NCBI GenBank assembly: GCA_963675595.2
Contig: CAXXLZ010000002.1
Coordinates: 3,808,001 to 3,872,000, forward strand
Length of the DNA stretch: 64,000 nucleotides
Direction: 5' to 3'
From: Thermodesulfobacteriota bacterium
GTDB taxonomy: Bacteria > Desulfobacterota > Desulfarculia > JACQYL01
Shown here in pieces: positions 37,048 through 46,806 of the stretch. Positions within the stretch are counted from its first letter, which is position 1. The number at the start of each line of letters is the position of its first letter. Under the pieces are notes generated by a model. The model was not told the origin of the DNA, ran no database searches, and worked only from the letters and a program-made list of their open reading frames with translations. The translations under genes were made by a program, and so were the position numbers.

Positions 37048-40000
37048 CTACCTCTGCTTTCGCATCACGCCGGAAGCGAACAGGGCGATCATGGCAAGCA
37101 CCAGCAGGGACGCGAACCACTGGACGCCCGAGGAGGTCGGTTTGGAGGTGTCTTCTTCCGAGTTGATCTTTTCCATCTTGAATCCTTCCACCTGCTCCGC
37201 CTGGTCCCCTTTGACGGGTTTCGCTTCCGGCCTTTTTTCCACCGGATCGCCGGTTGTCTTCGAATCTTCCGCGCTCGCCTTCTTCCGAAGGCCGGCCAGG
37301 AGTTCCTGCTGGACCTTGACCCGCGTTTTCACTTGTTCGGACAGCTCCTTGCCCGCGGCCTTTTCCACGGCGAGTTTGAACTTCTCGAGGAACTCCGGTG
37401 ATACAAGCCCGGGAACGGACAGAAGGTTGACCACCATTTGATTCATCAGCGGATTGTTACAGGTGTGATCGCAGCACGCGACCCCCTTTTCCACCACGTT
37501 TCCGGCATATTCCAGAGCCAGCTTACGTTTGATCTCTTCCTTCGCCTTCCAATACTCGTGGCGTGTGGATTCGAGCATCCGCGCGGTCATGGACTGGTAG
37601 GCCCAGGGATTGACTTGATTGAAAAACTCCTTGAGATTCATGTCGTACTTGTCTTCTATGTAAACCTCATAGGTCTGTTGCCAGCGGGCCTCGTCCACGG
37701 AGGAAGACACGGTGACCTGCCAGCCCCACATGTTCTCCAGGAACTGAGACATCTCCCTCGCTCCCGCGTAATCTTCCTTTTTCATCCCCTCGATCCACTT
37801 GGGGTTGAGATACCGGGCCCGCAGTTCCTCCCCCACGGTGCGGGCGGCGTCCTCCACTACGACCTCGTCGGGGGTCCTCTGGAGGGTGATGAGGGTGTCG
37901 GGCGCTTCCCCCCGTTCCTTTTCCACGGCCAGGGAAAGCCCTCCGAGATATTGGAACAGGTCGTCGTTGTCCATGGTGCCGTATATGCCTGAAGAGATGG
38001 AATGAACCGCCACGTCCACTCCCTTCAGGTTTCGGCGGAACAGGTCCTCCGCTTTCACTCCCCAGGAACCCGACCCGAAAGCGAAGCCCACCCGGTTTCT
38101 GTACACCGCGGCGATTTCATCATTACTCGTCCACGTGCCCGATGCGCCCGACATCTCGGAGACTCCGGTGCCGTAGCCGCCGGGAGCTTCGGAGAATATG
38201 CGGATTTGGGAAAGTCGTTGTGCTTCTTCCTCGGTCAGGCCTTGGGCGACGAGTTGTTCTTTTATGGAATCCGAATTTCTGCGCAGCAGGTTTTCGATGT
38301 CGGTCTGAACCAGGGCTTTCCGAATGGCTTCGTCGAGGAACAGCACCAATTGGGGGAACAAATCCCGATAGAGTCCCGAAGGATTGACAACCACGTCGAT
38401 GCGCGGGCGCTTGAGCTCGCGCCCGGGGATGACTTCGATTCCGGTGACCCGGCCCACTCGGCTCCAGATGGGGCGAAGTCCCAGAAGATGCAGGATGGTG
38501 CTTTCGTTGATTCCCTCGTTTCGGATGGTCTCCGTGGCGAAAAGTACGACGGCGGCCTTTTCCGGGTAACGCCCCTTTTTGAGGAGACTGCTCGAGATGA
38601 TGTCTTCAGCCGCTTGACGCCCCAATTCGTAGGCCGCCTGAGAAGGAATTTTCGCCGGATCGAAGCCGAAGAAGTTCTTTCCCGTGGGCACGGCTTCGGG
38701 GTTGCGTACCGGGTCGTTGCCCTCGCCGGGGGGGATGTATCCGCCTTCCAGGGCGTGGAGGAGTCTTTGGATTTCAAGGGGACCGGAGTCTTCGAGTCGT
38801 TTTCGCACTTCCGCCGACTTGGATTCCGGGTTGCTTTCGATGATGCTTTTCGTGGTTTCTTCGAGAGCCTCCCCTTCGGGAGAGCGGCCGAACGTGTGCA
38901 GACCGTAGGGCATGGAGTCCGATTGAAGCTTGCCCAAGTAATGCTCCACCGTTGTGAGAAGCTCTACGGTGTTCTCGTCGGATAGGGAAATCCCCACGTC
39001 CCGATCGAGACCGAGTCGTCCGATCAGGCGTTTGATTTCCCGCAGTTCCGCTTCGGAAGTAGACGCTCCTTGCGCCTCAAGCCGATTGAAGCGCCCGATC
39101 ATCTCATAGAGATTCGCATATTCGCCGTACAGCCCGGCTTTCTTCAACGCCGGCGTAAGATGGTCGATGATTACGCCCCGACCCCTGCGCTTGGCTTGAA
39201 TGCCTTCCCCCACGTCGTCCACGATGTAGGGGTAGATGTTGGGGATGTCCGTGATCAGCACTTCGGGGGGGCAATCGGTCGTGAGGCCGGCCTGCTTGCC
39301 GGGCAACCACTCGTGGGTGGCGTGGGTGCCGAGATGGATCATGGCATCGGCGTGAAATGCATGTTTGAGCCAAAGATAGGCCGCAATGTACTGGTGGTGG
39401 GGGTAGAGCGTCGAGGAGTGGTAGAGCTTCATGGGATCGTCTTCCCAGCCTCGGGCGGGTTCCGGAAGAATGACCACGTTGCCCAGGTCCACCATGGGAA
39501 GGATCAGGTCGCCGTCCGCCTTCATGATTTCCGACGATTCCGGAGTTCCCCACTGGGCTTCCACGCGAGATCGGAAAGCGGCCGGAAGCGCCGCATACCA
39601 TTCTCTATAGGTTTTCACCGGCAGACGAACCACCTTGCCGGTCTGCAGCATTTCCTCCAGTTCGCCGGGAGCCCAGCTTCCGATGTTTCTGCCGTATTTA
39701 AGCACCAACTCGCGGATCGTTTCGCGGGTCAGGTCTCGTCGTTCCCGGAAACGGTAACTTCGGGCGTTCATGGAAGCCAGAATGACCTCGAGGCTGCCGA
39801 AGACATTGAGGTAGCTGGCGCCGATGTTCTGTTTTCCCCGGCTGTGGTTGTAGTAGATGACGGCCACCCGCTTGTCCGTGTTGGGCTTCTTGCGGAGCGC
39901 CACCCACTTGTTCAGGCGGGGGAGCAGCAAGGCAAGATTGTCTTCCACCAAGCGATGGACGAAAAAATACCTGCCGGTATCGGGGTCTTTTACCTTGACC

Positions 40001-40995
40001 TTACCGCCCAGAACCGACGGCTCGATCAGTCCCGATACTTCGGGGTTGGTCATGGTCCAAACCACCTCGGTCGGCTCAATCCCCATAGGGGAGTTTCGCC
40101 ATTCATCGAGTGTTCCCAGGTATAACTGCACCGCGCTGATCACCGGTACGTCCAGTCCGCGCAGGGCGGTCAACAGCGAAGGCTCGAGGGCCGAGTGGAA
40201 CTTGAGGCTGAAAGCGAGCAGGATATCCACTCTGGGGCGTTCTTTTGCATCGAGCATGATCTCCTCGATGACCGGAATATCCTTCCCGTAGGCGGCCAGC
40301 ACGTTCCAACCCCCGGCTTCAAGCTTTTCCACCAGCGACCGGACCCGGTGGGACTGCCCCTCCACCAGGGAGGACGAGTACAACATCACTCCTATCCACG
40401 GGCGTGTCGCGGAGTAACCGGGTCGTGTTTCATACCAACGGAGATAGCTCGGGAAGTCTTTGAAAGGTTCCTTTGCGGCGGGATGATACACGCCGGTTTC
40501 CGGTAGTTCCTTCACCGGACCGTACTCCATGCTCGGATCGAACTCCGCATGAATTACCCGTCGAATCATGTTTTGGACGTTCTCGAGAGAGAGATGATCG
40601 AAATAGGCTTTGACGTTCGTGTCGAACAGAAAGCCCCGGGCTTTTAGACGATCGTCGTCCCCCGAAGTTCGCAGGGCATAGACGCGCTTTTCCGAAATGG
40701 GGACGTTTTCGAGAAGATAGTCCGTTAGTTCGGAAATCATTACGTCCACCACCACGACTTTGGATTCCGAGACCTGTTGCGAGGCGGAAGGATCGTTCAG
40801 AAGGTCTTCCGGCGAGAGGACACGGACCTCGGGCTTCGTGAGGCTCAGTTCCCGAACCGCCTTGTGGGCGAGAAACAGGTCCGACTCGGACACCAGGAGT
40901 GCCAGGTCCGCCGCACAGGAAGAGCGGACGGGCGTCCCGGCCGCGAAACACAGGCACAGGGCTCCGATCATGAGTACAAAGGAGGTGCGTCGCAT
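37048..40995 (-). CDS. CobN/Mg-chelatase H-family protein with signal peptide and C-terminal TM anchor
   Basis: HLGTHATHEWLPGK, PNIYPYIVDDVGEGIQAKRRG, RPRIDVV, NPKWIEGM, CCDHTC; hydrophobic N- and C-termini. Confidence 0.9.
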   Translation of the reverse strand: MRRTSFVLMIGALCLCFAAGTPVRSSCAADLALLVSESDLFLAHKAVRELSLTKPEVRVLSPEDLLNDPSASQQVSESKVVVVDVMISELTDYLLENVPISEKRVYALRTSGDDDRLKARGFLFDTNVKAYFDHLSLENVQNMIRRVIHAEFDPSMEYGPVKELPETGVYHPAAKEPFKDFPSYLRWYETRPGYSATRPWIGVMLYSSSLVEGQSHRVRSLVEKLEAGGWNVLAAYGKDIPVIEEIMLDAKERPRVDILLAFSLKFHSALEPSLLTALRGLDVPVISAVQLYLGTLDEWRNSPMGIEPTEVVWTMTNPEVSGLIEPSVLGGKVKVKDPDTGRYFFVHRLVEDNLALLLPRLNKWVALRKKPNTDKRVAVIYYNHSRGKQNIGASYLNVFGSLEVILASMNARSYRFRERRDLTRETIRELVLKYGRNIGSWAPGELEEMLQTGKVVRLPVKTYREWYAALPAAFRSRVEAQWGTPESSEIMKADGDLILPMVDLGNVVILPEPARGWEDDPMKLYHSSTLYPHHQYIAAYLWLKHAFHADAMIHLGTHATHEWLPGKQAGLTTDCPPEVLITDIPNIYPYIVDDVGEGIQAKRRGRGVIIDHLTPALKKAGLYGEYANLYEMIGRFNRLEAQGASTSEAELREIKRLIGRLGLDRDVGISLSDENTVELLTTVEHYLGKLQSDSMPYGLHTFGRSPEGEALEETTKSIIESNPESKSAEVRKRLEDSGPLEIQRLLHALEGGYIPPGEGNDPVRNPEAVPTGKNFFGFDPAKIPSQAAYELGRQAAEDIISSSLLKKGRYPEKAAVVLFATETIRNEGINESTILHLLGLRPIWSRVGRVTGIEVIPGRELKRPRIDVVVNPSGLYRDLFPQLVLFLDEAIRKALVQTDIENLLRRNSDSIKEQLVAQGLTEEEAQRLSQIRIFSEAPGGYGTGVSEMSGASGTWTSNDEIAAVYRNRVGFAFGSGSWGVKAEDLFRRNLKGVDVAVHSISSGIYGTMDNDDLFQYLGGLSLAVEKERGEAPDTLITLQRTPDEVVVEDAARTVGEELRARYLNPKWIEGMKKEDYAGAREMSQFLENMWGWQVTVSSSVDEARWQQTYEVYIEDKYDMNLKEFFNQVNPWAYQSMTARMLESTRHEYWKAKEEIKRKLALEYAGNVVEKGVACCDHTCNNPLMNQMVVNLLSVPGLVSPEFLEKFKLAVEKAAGKELSEQVKTRVKVQQELLAGLRKKASAEDSKTTGDPVEKRPEAKPVKGDQAEQVEGFKMEKINSEEDTSKPTSSGVQWFASLLVLAMIALFASGVMRKQR

Positions 40996-41030
40996 GGTTT
41001 GCTTTCCCGGATCGACTCTTTAGACCGCGT

Positions 41031-43061
41031 TCAGGGACGATCGGGACCCGAGGCGTCGATTCCGTTGAGCAATCCGTTGATCGCGATGCCCAGCACGGGC
41101 GGAATCTTGGTGGAGGTTATGAGTTGATGCCAGTCGTCGATTTTTTCTCCGGAGATTTCTTCCGCCACGCTGTGGCTCCATAGTTCGAAAGCTCCCAAGT
41201 CCACGGCAAGTCCCCGCTCGCGGGCGTCGCTGATTGCCAATGCGGACTCCACAAATGCGGCGTACCTGGGATGGAGCAGAATTTCCTGGAGCTTTGCCAG
41301 GCGCGGCAGAGGATCGACTTCGGCGGCACAAGTAGTGGGCGAAAGAAGGCCGTAAAGGTCGATGTGCCTTTCCTGAATTCTTTGAAACACGTTTCGTGAG
41401 GCGAATAGGCCGTTTTGACGTCCAACGGCCTCGGTGACCGCTTCATAAACGGCTTTGGCGATGAGTTCGCCGAGTTTGCTGTGGCCGCCCGTATTGTCCA
41501 CCGGAACGCCTCGGCCTTCGACCACCAGGACCTCGTCGGTGCCCGTTCCCGTAGCTTGCCATTGAGCGGGATTGTAGGTGCTGCGAATGTCCATATCCTG
41601 GAGTGCCGCGGTCTTGGCCTCCGTGACGGTGATGACGGCTCGCGTCATGGCCCTGGGAGAAAGCTTCAGGTTGGTGAGAACGAGTATGTTGATGGTGCCG
41701 GGCTCATAGAAAAGCCCTTCGTCCATGGACGTGCGCACCGCGTTGGATTGAACTCCGGCGGTGGCGAGGACGTAGACGGTCATGTCCTTGTAAGCGGCCT
41801 TGCGGACCGAGAGGTTCTTCATGTCCGCCCCGGTGAACAGAAGAGAGGTGTCCTCGGGTGATCTTCCGAGGTTCTTGAAGACTTCATCCTTCCAGGAATC
41901 GAAACCGAGACGATGGCTGATGCTCCAGGCGGGAGGGGGGTAGGAATGGTTTCCCGCATACGTGATCCCCTCGCGCGCCCCTTCAAGGGTGGACACCACA
42001 CGCATGGGTTCGGTGAATTCGATCAACAGGGTCTTGGAAACGAAATCAAACATTCTCGCGTGCTCCACGCGAGCGGAACGAACATAAGGGAGAGGTATGT
42101 CCAAAGGCCTTTCTTCCAGCTTTCGCTCTTCCAGTACGAGCTCGGATTTCGATGCGAAATCCTCATCATAAACGACGGAAGCGAGCCACGCGGCGAACTT
42201 GCCCACATTTACCGAGGCCCGACAGGTCAGTTCGCAAGGGAAGTAGTACACATTTCCGGTACGCACGGCTTCCACGTCCTTCCACCCGGGGAGCCTGGAG
42301 ATCATCTCCTCGACCGCTCTATCGCCCCCGCAGCCGTAAACAACCTGAGGGTCGAATTGTTTCCATTCCTCATAGGTCATTTCAGTGATGTTGCCGTTCC
42401 TTCCGAGTTGCGGGGGAATTCCTCCGGCGGCGCGAATGAGATCGTTTTGAAAGGAATCGTCACCTGGAGTCATGACGCGTTCCCGGCCCATCAGACGCAT
42501 GACCCTTTTTCTCCTGTCCTTGGGGATTTTTGCGACTTTCTTCGAGACCAAGTCCAGTTCGCCCCGGATGTTGCCACAGAGCGTTTCCGCCTCCGATTCC
42601 TTCGAAAACATTCGGCCCAGAAGCTGCAGTTGGTCGAAGACATTGGAGAGGTCCCGGGGGTCCAGTTGGATCATGACGACGTTTCGGTTTGCGAAGTGCT
42701 CCCTCACTCGGGAATGAAGCGAGGACAGGAAGATCACGTCCGGGTCCGCCGCTTCGATGGCGGAAATGGAAGGGCCGAAGAACCCGCCCACGAACCGCAC
42801 CGGGCAATTCCCCACGAGGCGGGCGTCATGGAAGGTTGCTCCGCAAACGGCATCGGCGGCGCCCAGGGCGAAAATCATTTCGGTGATGGTGGGAACCAGC
42901 GAGACCACTCGAGTCGGTGGTGCCGACAGGGAGATTAGATTGCCGCGGGAATCGACGAATTCGATGCTCGATCCCAAAACGGTATGGACGGTTCCGACCT
43001 GACAGATCAAAAAGACGATCAGGAATAGACAGGGGACGAGGGTTTTCGAGAGTCTCTTCAT
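41031..43061 (-). CDS. Fusion of BtuF-type substrate-binding domain and adenosylcobinamide amidohydrolase (CbiZ)
   Basis: RVVSLVPTITEMIFALG, EAVRTGNVY; CbiZ GTINI, AVITVTEAKTAAL, ATGTGTD; signal peptide; start after GGAGG. Confidence 0.82.
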   Translation of the reverse strand: MKRLSKTLVPCLFLIVFLICQVGTVHTVLGSSIEFVDSRGNLISLSAPPTRVVSLVPTITEMIFALGAADAVCGATFHDARLVGNCPVRFVGGFFGPSISAIEAADPDVIFLSSLHSRVREHFANRNVVMIQLDPRDLSNVFDQLQLLGRMFSKESEAETLCGNIRGELDLVSKKVAKIPKDRRKRVMRLMGRERVMTPGDDSFQNDLIRAAGGIPPQLGRNGNITEMTYEEWKQFDPQVVYGCGGDRAVEEMISRLPGWKDVEAVRTGNVYYFPCELTCRASVNVGKFAAWLASVVYDEDFASKSELVLEERKLEERPLDIPLPYVRSARVEHARMFDFVSKTLLIEFTEPMRVVSTLEGAREGITYAGNHSYPPPAWSISHRLGFDSWKDEVFKNLGRSPEDTSLLFTGADMKNLSVRKAAYKDMTVYVLATAGVQSNAVRTSMDEGLFYEPGTINILVLTNLKLSPRAMTRAVITVTEAKTAALQDMDIRSTYNPAQWQATGTGTDEVLVVEGRGVPVDNTGGHSKLGELIAKAVYEAVTEAVGRQNGLFASRNVFQRIQERHIDLYGLLSPTTCAAEVDPLPRLAKLQEILLHPRYAAFVESALAISDARERGLAVDLGAFELWSHSVAEEISGEKIDDWHQLITSTKIPPVLGIAINGLLNGIDASGPDRP

Positions 43062-43190
43062 AGGGAGGCCTCCTGCACAACGATTGGAAATGATATAGAT
43101 ATTCTTCACGGATTCCGTTCGAACGGTATACCGAGACGGATGTGAAACGCAACGGGGGAACCGCACGCGGGGGGAAGGTGTGCGTCTTTT

Positions 43191-43541
43191 CTATCTGCTT
43201 TCTTCCGGAACGTATACCATACTGCCGTCTTCGAGCCGGTACGCGGTTCCAAGCCTTTCTCCCCGTCCTTCCGCTTGGGTCCGCGTGACCTTTACCGCAT
43301 CCAGTTTCTTGCCCTTTTTGGTGATGATTTCCAGCTCCCCTTGGGCGTTTTGCTTCATGAGCGTGAATTCGGATTTTTCGGACAACAGGTCGGTCAGGCG
43401 GTACGCGCTGAAAAGCATGACCAGAATGCCCACGATGAACACGAGGCCCAGATCGAAAAGGTTCGCCACGCCGCTCATGGGGTCATTGTCTTCTAAATCA
43501 TACTCGCGCAGGTTTCGTTTCCGGGGCGCCATTGGATGCAC
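43191..43541 (-). CDS. DUF2149-family single-TM protein
   Basis: DPMSGVANLFDLGLVF...GERLGTAYRLEDGSMVYVP. Confidence 0.85.
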   Translation of the reverse strand: MHPMAPRKRNLREYDLEDNDPMSGVANLFDLGLVFIVGILVMLFSAYRLTDLLSEKSEFTLMKQNAQGELEIITKKGKKLDAVKVTRTQAEGRGERLGTAYRLEDGSMVYVPEESR

Positions 43542-44139
43542 TCTCTTCCGCGGTTGTGGCTGATACCATGAACTCCATGGTCCCGATGTCCTTCTGAATC
43601 CATCTCTTTTTGAGCGTAAAGAAAAGATACGCGCAGAGCCCCTGGGCCAGTCCCACCACCGTGGTGGTAAACGCGATGACGAGGTCCGAAGAGAGCCGAG
43701 TGACGTCTCCCTGGGCCAGAGCCGCCAAACCGGTCCCCATGGGGATCAGGGTTCCCATGAGCCCGAGTCCCGGTCCGATGCGGATCATCATCTTGATTCC
43801 GTCCAAGGTCTTCCAAAGTCCGTCGGCGGCTTCCTGAAACGTCAACTCAATGAGTGATTCCCGAAGGGCGCCCGGCTGTTCTCTGAGTGAATTCAGCCTT
43901 CGAGCAAAATCGACGACGTAATGGGAGTGACGCTTCTCGGCGTGCCCCGTCTCGGCCATGTGTATCAGGTCTTGCGGAGTGCAGGGTTTGAGCCGGGTCC
44001 GCTCGATCCATTCCGAGAATACCGATCCGCCCCGGTAAAGAATCCATAAGGTCAGGAGGGACAGGAGAATCAGGACGGGATAGAGAAGCGACTGGGCGAT
44101 GAGGTAGATGAACGAGCTCAGCAACGCGCCTATTTGCAT
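43498..44139 (-). CDS. MotA/TolQ/ExbB proton-channel family protein
   Basis: RIGPGLGLMGTLIPMGTGLAAL..GD...LVIAFTTTVVG; probable start MQIG. Confidence 0.88.
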   Translation of the reverse strand: MQIGALLSSFIYLIAQSLLYPVLILLSLLTLWILYRGGSVFSEWIERTRLKPCTPQDLIHMAETGHAEKRHSHYVVDFARRLNSLREQPGALRESLIELTFQEAADGLWKTLDGIKMMIRIGPGLGLMGTLIPMGTGLAALAQGDVTRLSSDLVIAFTTTVVGLAQGLCAYLFFTLKKRWIQKDIGTMEFMVSATTAEESASNGAPETKPARV

Positions 44140-44141
44140 GC

Positions 44142-44885
44142 TTATGATCTCCCCATCCGGAAGCGTTTGATAATCCCTCCTGATACGAAGAATACCGCCG
44201 CCAGGGAAGCGGCGAGAGCGGGTTTGGCGACGGATTGCGTTTCCGGGTTCCCATAGCGGACGGCGAGGCGATAGACGCGGTCCAGGTTTTGATAATGGGG
44301 CATTACACAGGCCGTGACGAGGAAATAGGCCGAAGCGATCAGCATGGCTGTTCCAAGGACGGATGCCGGTCGAACACCCGTAATTCGGGACCATAGTGTC
44401 AAGGTGGCGGAGGAAAGGAGGCTGAGTCCCAGAAAGGCCGCGTATGAGATAGCCAACACTCGGACGGATGCCTCGGGAAAATAGGAAAGCAGAAAAGAAA
44501 TCGACACAAATAGGACGATGAGGCACATGGGACACGGCAAAGCCAAACCGAGCCATGCATGGCTGTGTTCTCCGGAGCGCGAATCGCCCTTCAACAAGTA
44601 GATGCCCCAGACCGTCAGTCCGACGGCGATGATGATGTGGATCAGGTGGCCGGAGCGGAGAAAGAGCGTGAACGTCTCGAAATGCCTCATGAGGTTCCAT
44701 TCCTTCAGCACGACCCCGGATCCGGCAAAAAGGATCAAGTAGGTCAGCGCATACAAAGAAGTTACCACGGTCTTGCGAGCAAAGCCCGACTCGCGCTGGA
44801 GTCTGTAAAAGAGCCCGGCCCCTCCTTTGACGGCGAACACGCCAAAGGAAAACAGTAGACCAAGAAAGATGCTTTCGAGTTCCAT
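44142..44885 (-). CDS. DUF2162-like multi-TM putative transporter
   Basis: LGLLFSFGVFAVKGGAGL, LALPCPMC; several TM segments; start MELES. Confidence 0.75.
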   Translation of the reverse strand: MELESIFLGLLFSFGVFAVKGGAGLFYRLQRESGFARKTVVTSLYALTYLILFAGSGVVLKEWNLMRHFETFTLFLRSGHLIHIIIAVGLTVWGIYLLKGDSRSGEHSHAWLGLALPCPMCLIVLFVSISFLLSYFPEASVRVLAISYAAFLGLSLLSSATLTLWSRITGVRPASVLGTAMLIASAYFLVTACVMPHYQNLDRVYRLAVRYGNPETQSVAKPALAASLAAVFFVSGGIIKRFRMGRS

Positions 44886-44923
44886 GTCTTGTTCTCTTTC
44901 CCCTACCAAGAGGAACAATACTT

Positions 44924-46799
44924 GATGCCGTCGTAAGAACCCCCCTTTACGAACAGGGCTGTTTTTTGGAGCATTGGAAGTTCAAGCGGCCATTGCAACA
45001 CTGCCAAGGTTACTGTCATCGTGACATAGGCTACAAAGACGACGGAAATTATCGTTGCTGCCTCCCTCTATCGAGTTGGAAAGGGCCTTCTTGGCCTTAT
45101 CAAGGCGGCTCTGGACGAACCTCTTGATGTTGATGGCCAGGGCCTTCATGAAAACAGATAAGGTGACCCGTTTTTTGCCTCGGGTCCACGATCGTTTCAA
45201 TCCCGTGACCCGATCCGCTTCGGAGATGGTGGCCTCGATGCCGGACCGGATTTTGTAGCGTTCTTTGAAATCATGGCTTTCCTGCTGTAGTCTGCGCTTG
45301 GAGGTCGCCATGTCCTTGCGCTTGTACTTCAGTCGATAATTTCCGCCCTTGATCCGTTTTACCGGACAGATGGGGAGAAATTCGCATAGGAGACAGTGCT
45401 CGCGGGAAAACACGGCTTCCACCGCTTTGCCGCGGTCAACGATCTTGCATTCAAGTGGCGCGTGCCCCCGGATACAGTAAACGACCTGGGTGCAGTCCTC
45501 GTTCGTTTCAAAGTCACTCAACTGCATCTTATTGAGATCCGGCGCTTTTCCGCAAGTCACCGGAGCGGTAAGCTCGACTCCGTGCTCGTGAGCTTGAAGG
45601 ATGTTCTCGCCGCTGCCGTAGCCTGCGTCGGCGAACAACTCTTCGGGTTTGCGGCCCGTTTCCTCCAGGCGTTCGATAACGGGCATCACGTCTTTCTGGT
45701 CGCTGTCATAGGAAGGGGCCACGTCCACATCGGTGATCACCTGGAAGGGATTTTCCTTCACGCAGGTCTCCGTGAGGGAAGCCTTATATCCTTTGCCCTT
45801 GCGCCCATAGGTGGCGTCGGGATCCGAAGGATTCTGCAGGGAGTCCGCAGGGATTTCCTTGGGCTTCTCGAGTTCTGTTTTGTCGGGATCTCCCTCGGTG
45901 AAACGGCATTGCTCCGACAGTAGTCGGGCCATCAGCCGGTATTCTTTCATTCGGCTGATTTCCGGATGACCTCGGAAGCGGTCCACCAGGTCGGCGAGAT
46001 GGCGGGCGGACTTGTCCAGACGACGCTTGGCCCGCGATGATTTTGCATCGGCAAAATAGCCTGCGCGCTTCAAGTAGGCCTTGTCGTAAAGTCGGGGCAG
46101 TTTCTCATACAACTTGGGATGTTTCTTATGGAGCCGTTTCAAGAACGCCTCGATGGTGCGCGTAAAGAGCCCCAGACGGCTCAGATGAGCCATGTTGGAA
46201 GTGATCTGTGTGGAGTCCAACCGCTGTTTGTCCGTGCTAAGGGCCGCCGTCTCGATGATGGCGTCCGTGATTCCGGTAAAGAGGCTCCGCGCTTGCTTGT
46301 TGTCGGTAATCAAGGTCCGGAAATTGTGCAGGGTCTTCTGGCAGACGTGAGATTCAAAGGCGTTGATGTTGAAGGCATATTGCCAACGCAGATCGAAGTC
46401 CAGAGCGCCCAAGACTTCCGCATCGGTCAGGCTGTTCATTTCCTTCAAAACACACGCTCCGACAAGGATGGCCACGGGTCTGTTGGGCCTGCCGTTGTCC
46501 TCACAGTAGAAAGGCCGGAAAGACTCCTCATCGATCATGGGAAGCACCAGGCGCCGGAACGGACCGGCCCACGTCTTCTCCAACGCCTCGATCCTGTCTG
46601 CGGGAAGGCAAATATCGTGGTCGAAAATGGTCTTTTGCGTTCTCTTAGGCCGAAACAAAACAACCCCCCTAAGGACCATATTATTAATCAAGTCAGATAC
46701 TTATCATACAGGACCCAAAAGAAAGGTCAACCCATAAATGCCATTTTTATTCATATTTTCAACTAGATACCTTTACGGAGAGGTTTTTACGAACTCATC
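44924..46799 (-). mobile_element. IS1182-like element, copy 1 (1876 bp)
   Basis: IRs GATGCCGTCGTAAGAACC / GGTTTTTACGAACTCATC; flanked by AATACTT. Confidence 0.88.
44982..46691 (-). CDS. DDE transposase (IS1182-like)
   Basis: GRPNRP, QRLDST, SLQNPSDPDATY, ADAGY, RSGIEATISE; Cys-rich insert; true start may be TTG at 46658. Confidence 0.85.
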   Translation of the reverse strand: MINNMVLRGVVLFRPKRTQKTIFDHDICLPADRIEALEKTWAGPFRRLVLPMIDEESFRPFYCEDNGRPNRPVAILVGACVLKEMNSLTDAEVLGALDFDLRWQYAFNINAFESHVCQKTLHNFRTLITDNKQARSLFTGITDAIIETAALSTDKQRLDSTQITSNMAHLSRLGLFTRTIEAFLKRLHKKHPKLYEKLPRLYDKAYLKRAGYFADAKSSRAKRRLDKSARHLADLVDRFRGHPEISRMKEYRLMARLLSEQCRFTEGDPDKTELEKPKEIPADSLQNPSDPDATYGRKGKGYKASLTETCVKENPFQVITDVDVAPSYDSDQKDVMPVIERLEETGRKPEELFADAGYGSGENILQAHEHGVELTAPVTCGKAPDLNKMQLSDFETNEDCTQVVYCIRGHAPLECKIVDRGKAVEAVFSREHCLLCEFLPICPVKRIKGGNYRLKYKRKDMATSKRRLQQESHDFKERYKIRSGIEATISEADRVTGLKRSWTRGKKRVTLSVFMKALAINIKRFVQSRLDKAKKALSNSIEGGSNDNFRRLCSLCHDDSNLGSVAMAA

Positions 46800-46806
46800 A
46801 ATACTT

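Noticed and set aside
43498-44700. 400-aa version of the MotA ORF
   Set aside because: The first about 186 codons overlap the DUF2162-like gene in another frame; the real start is probably 44139
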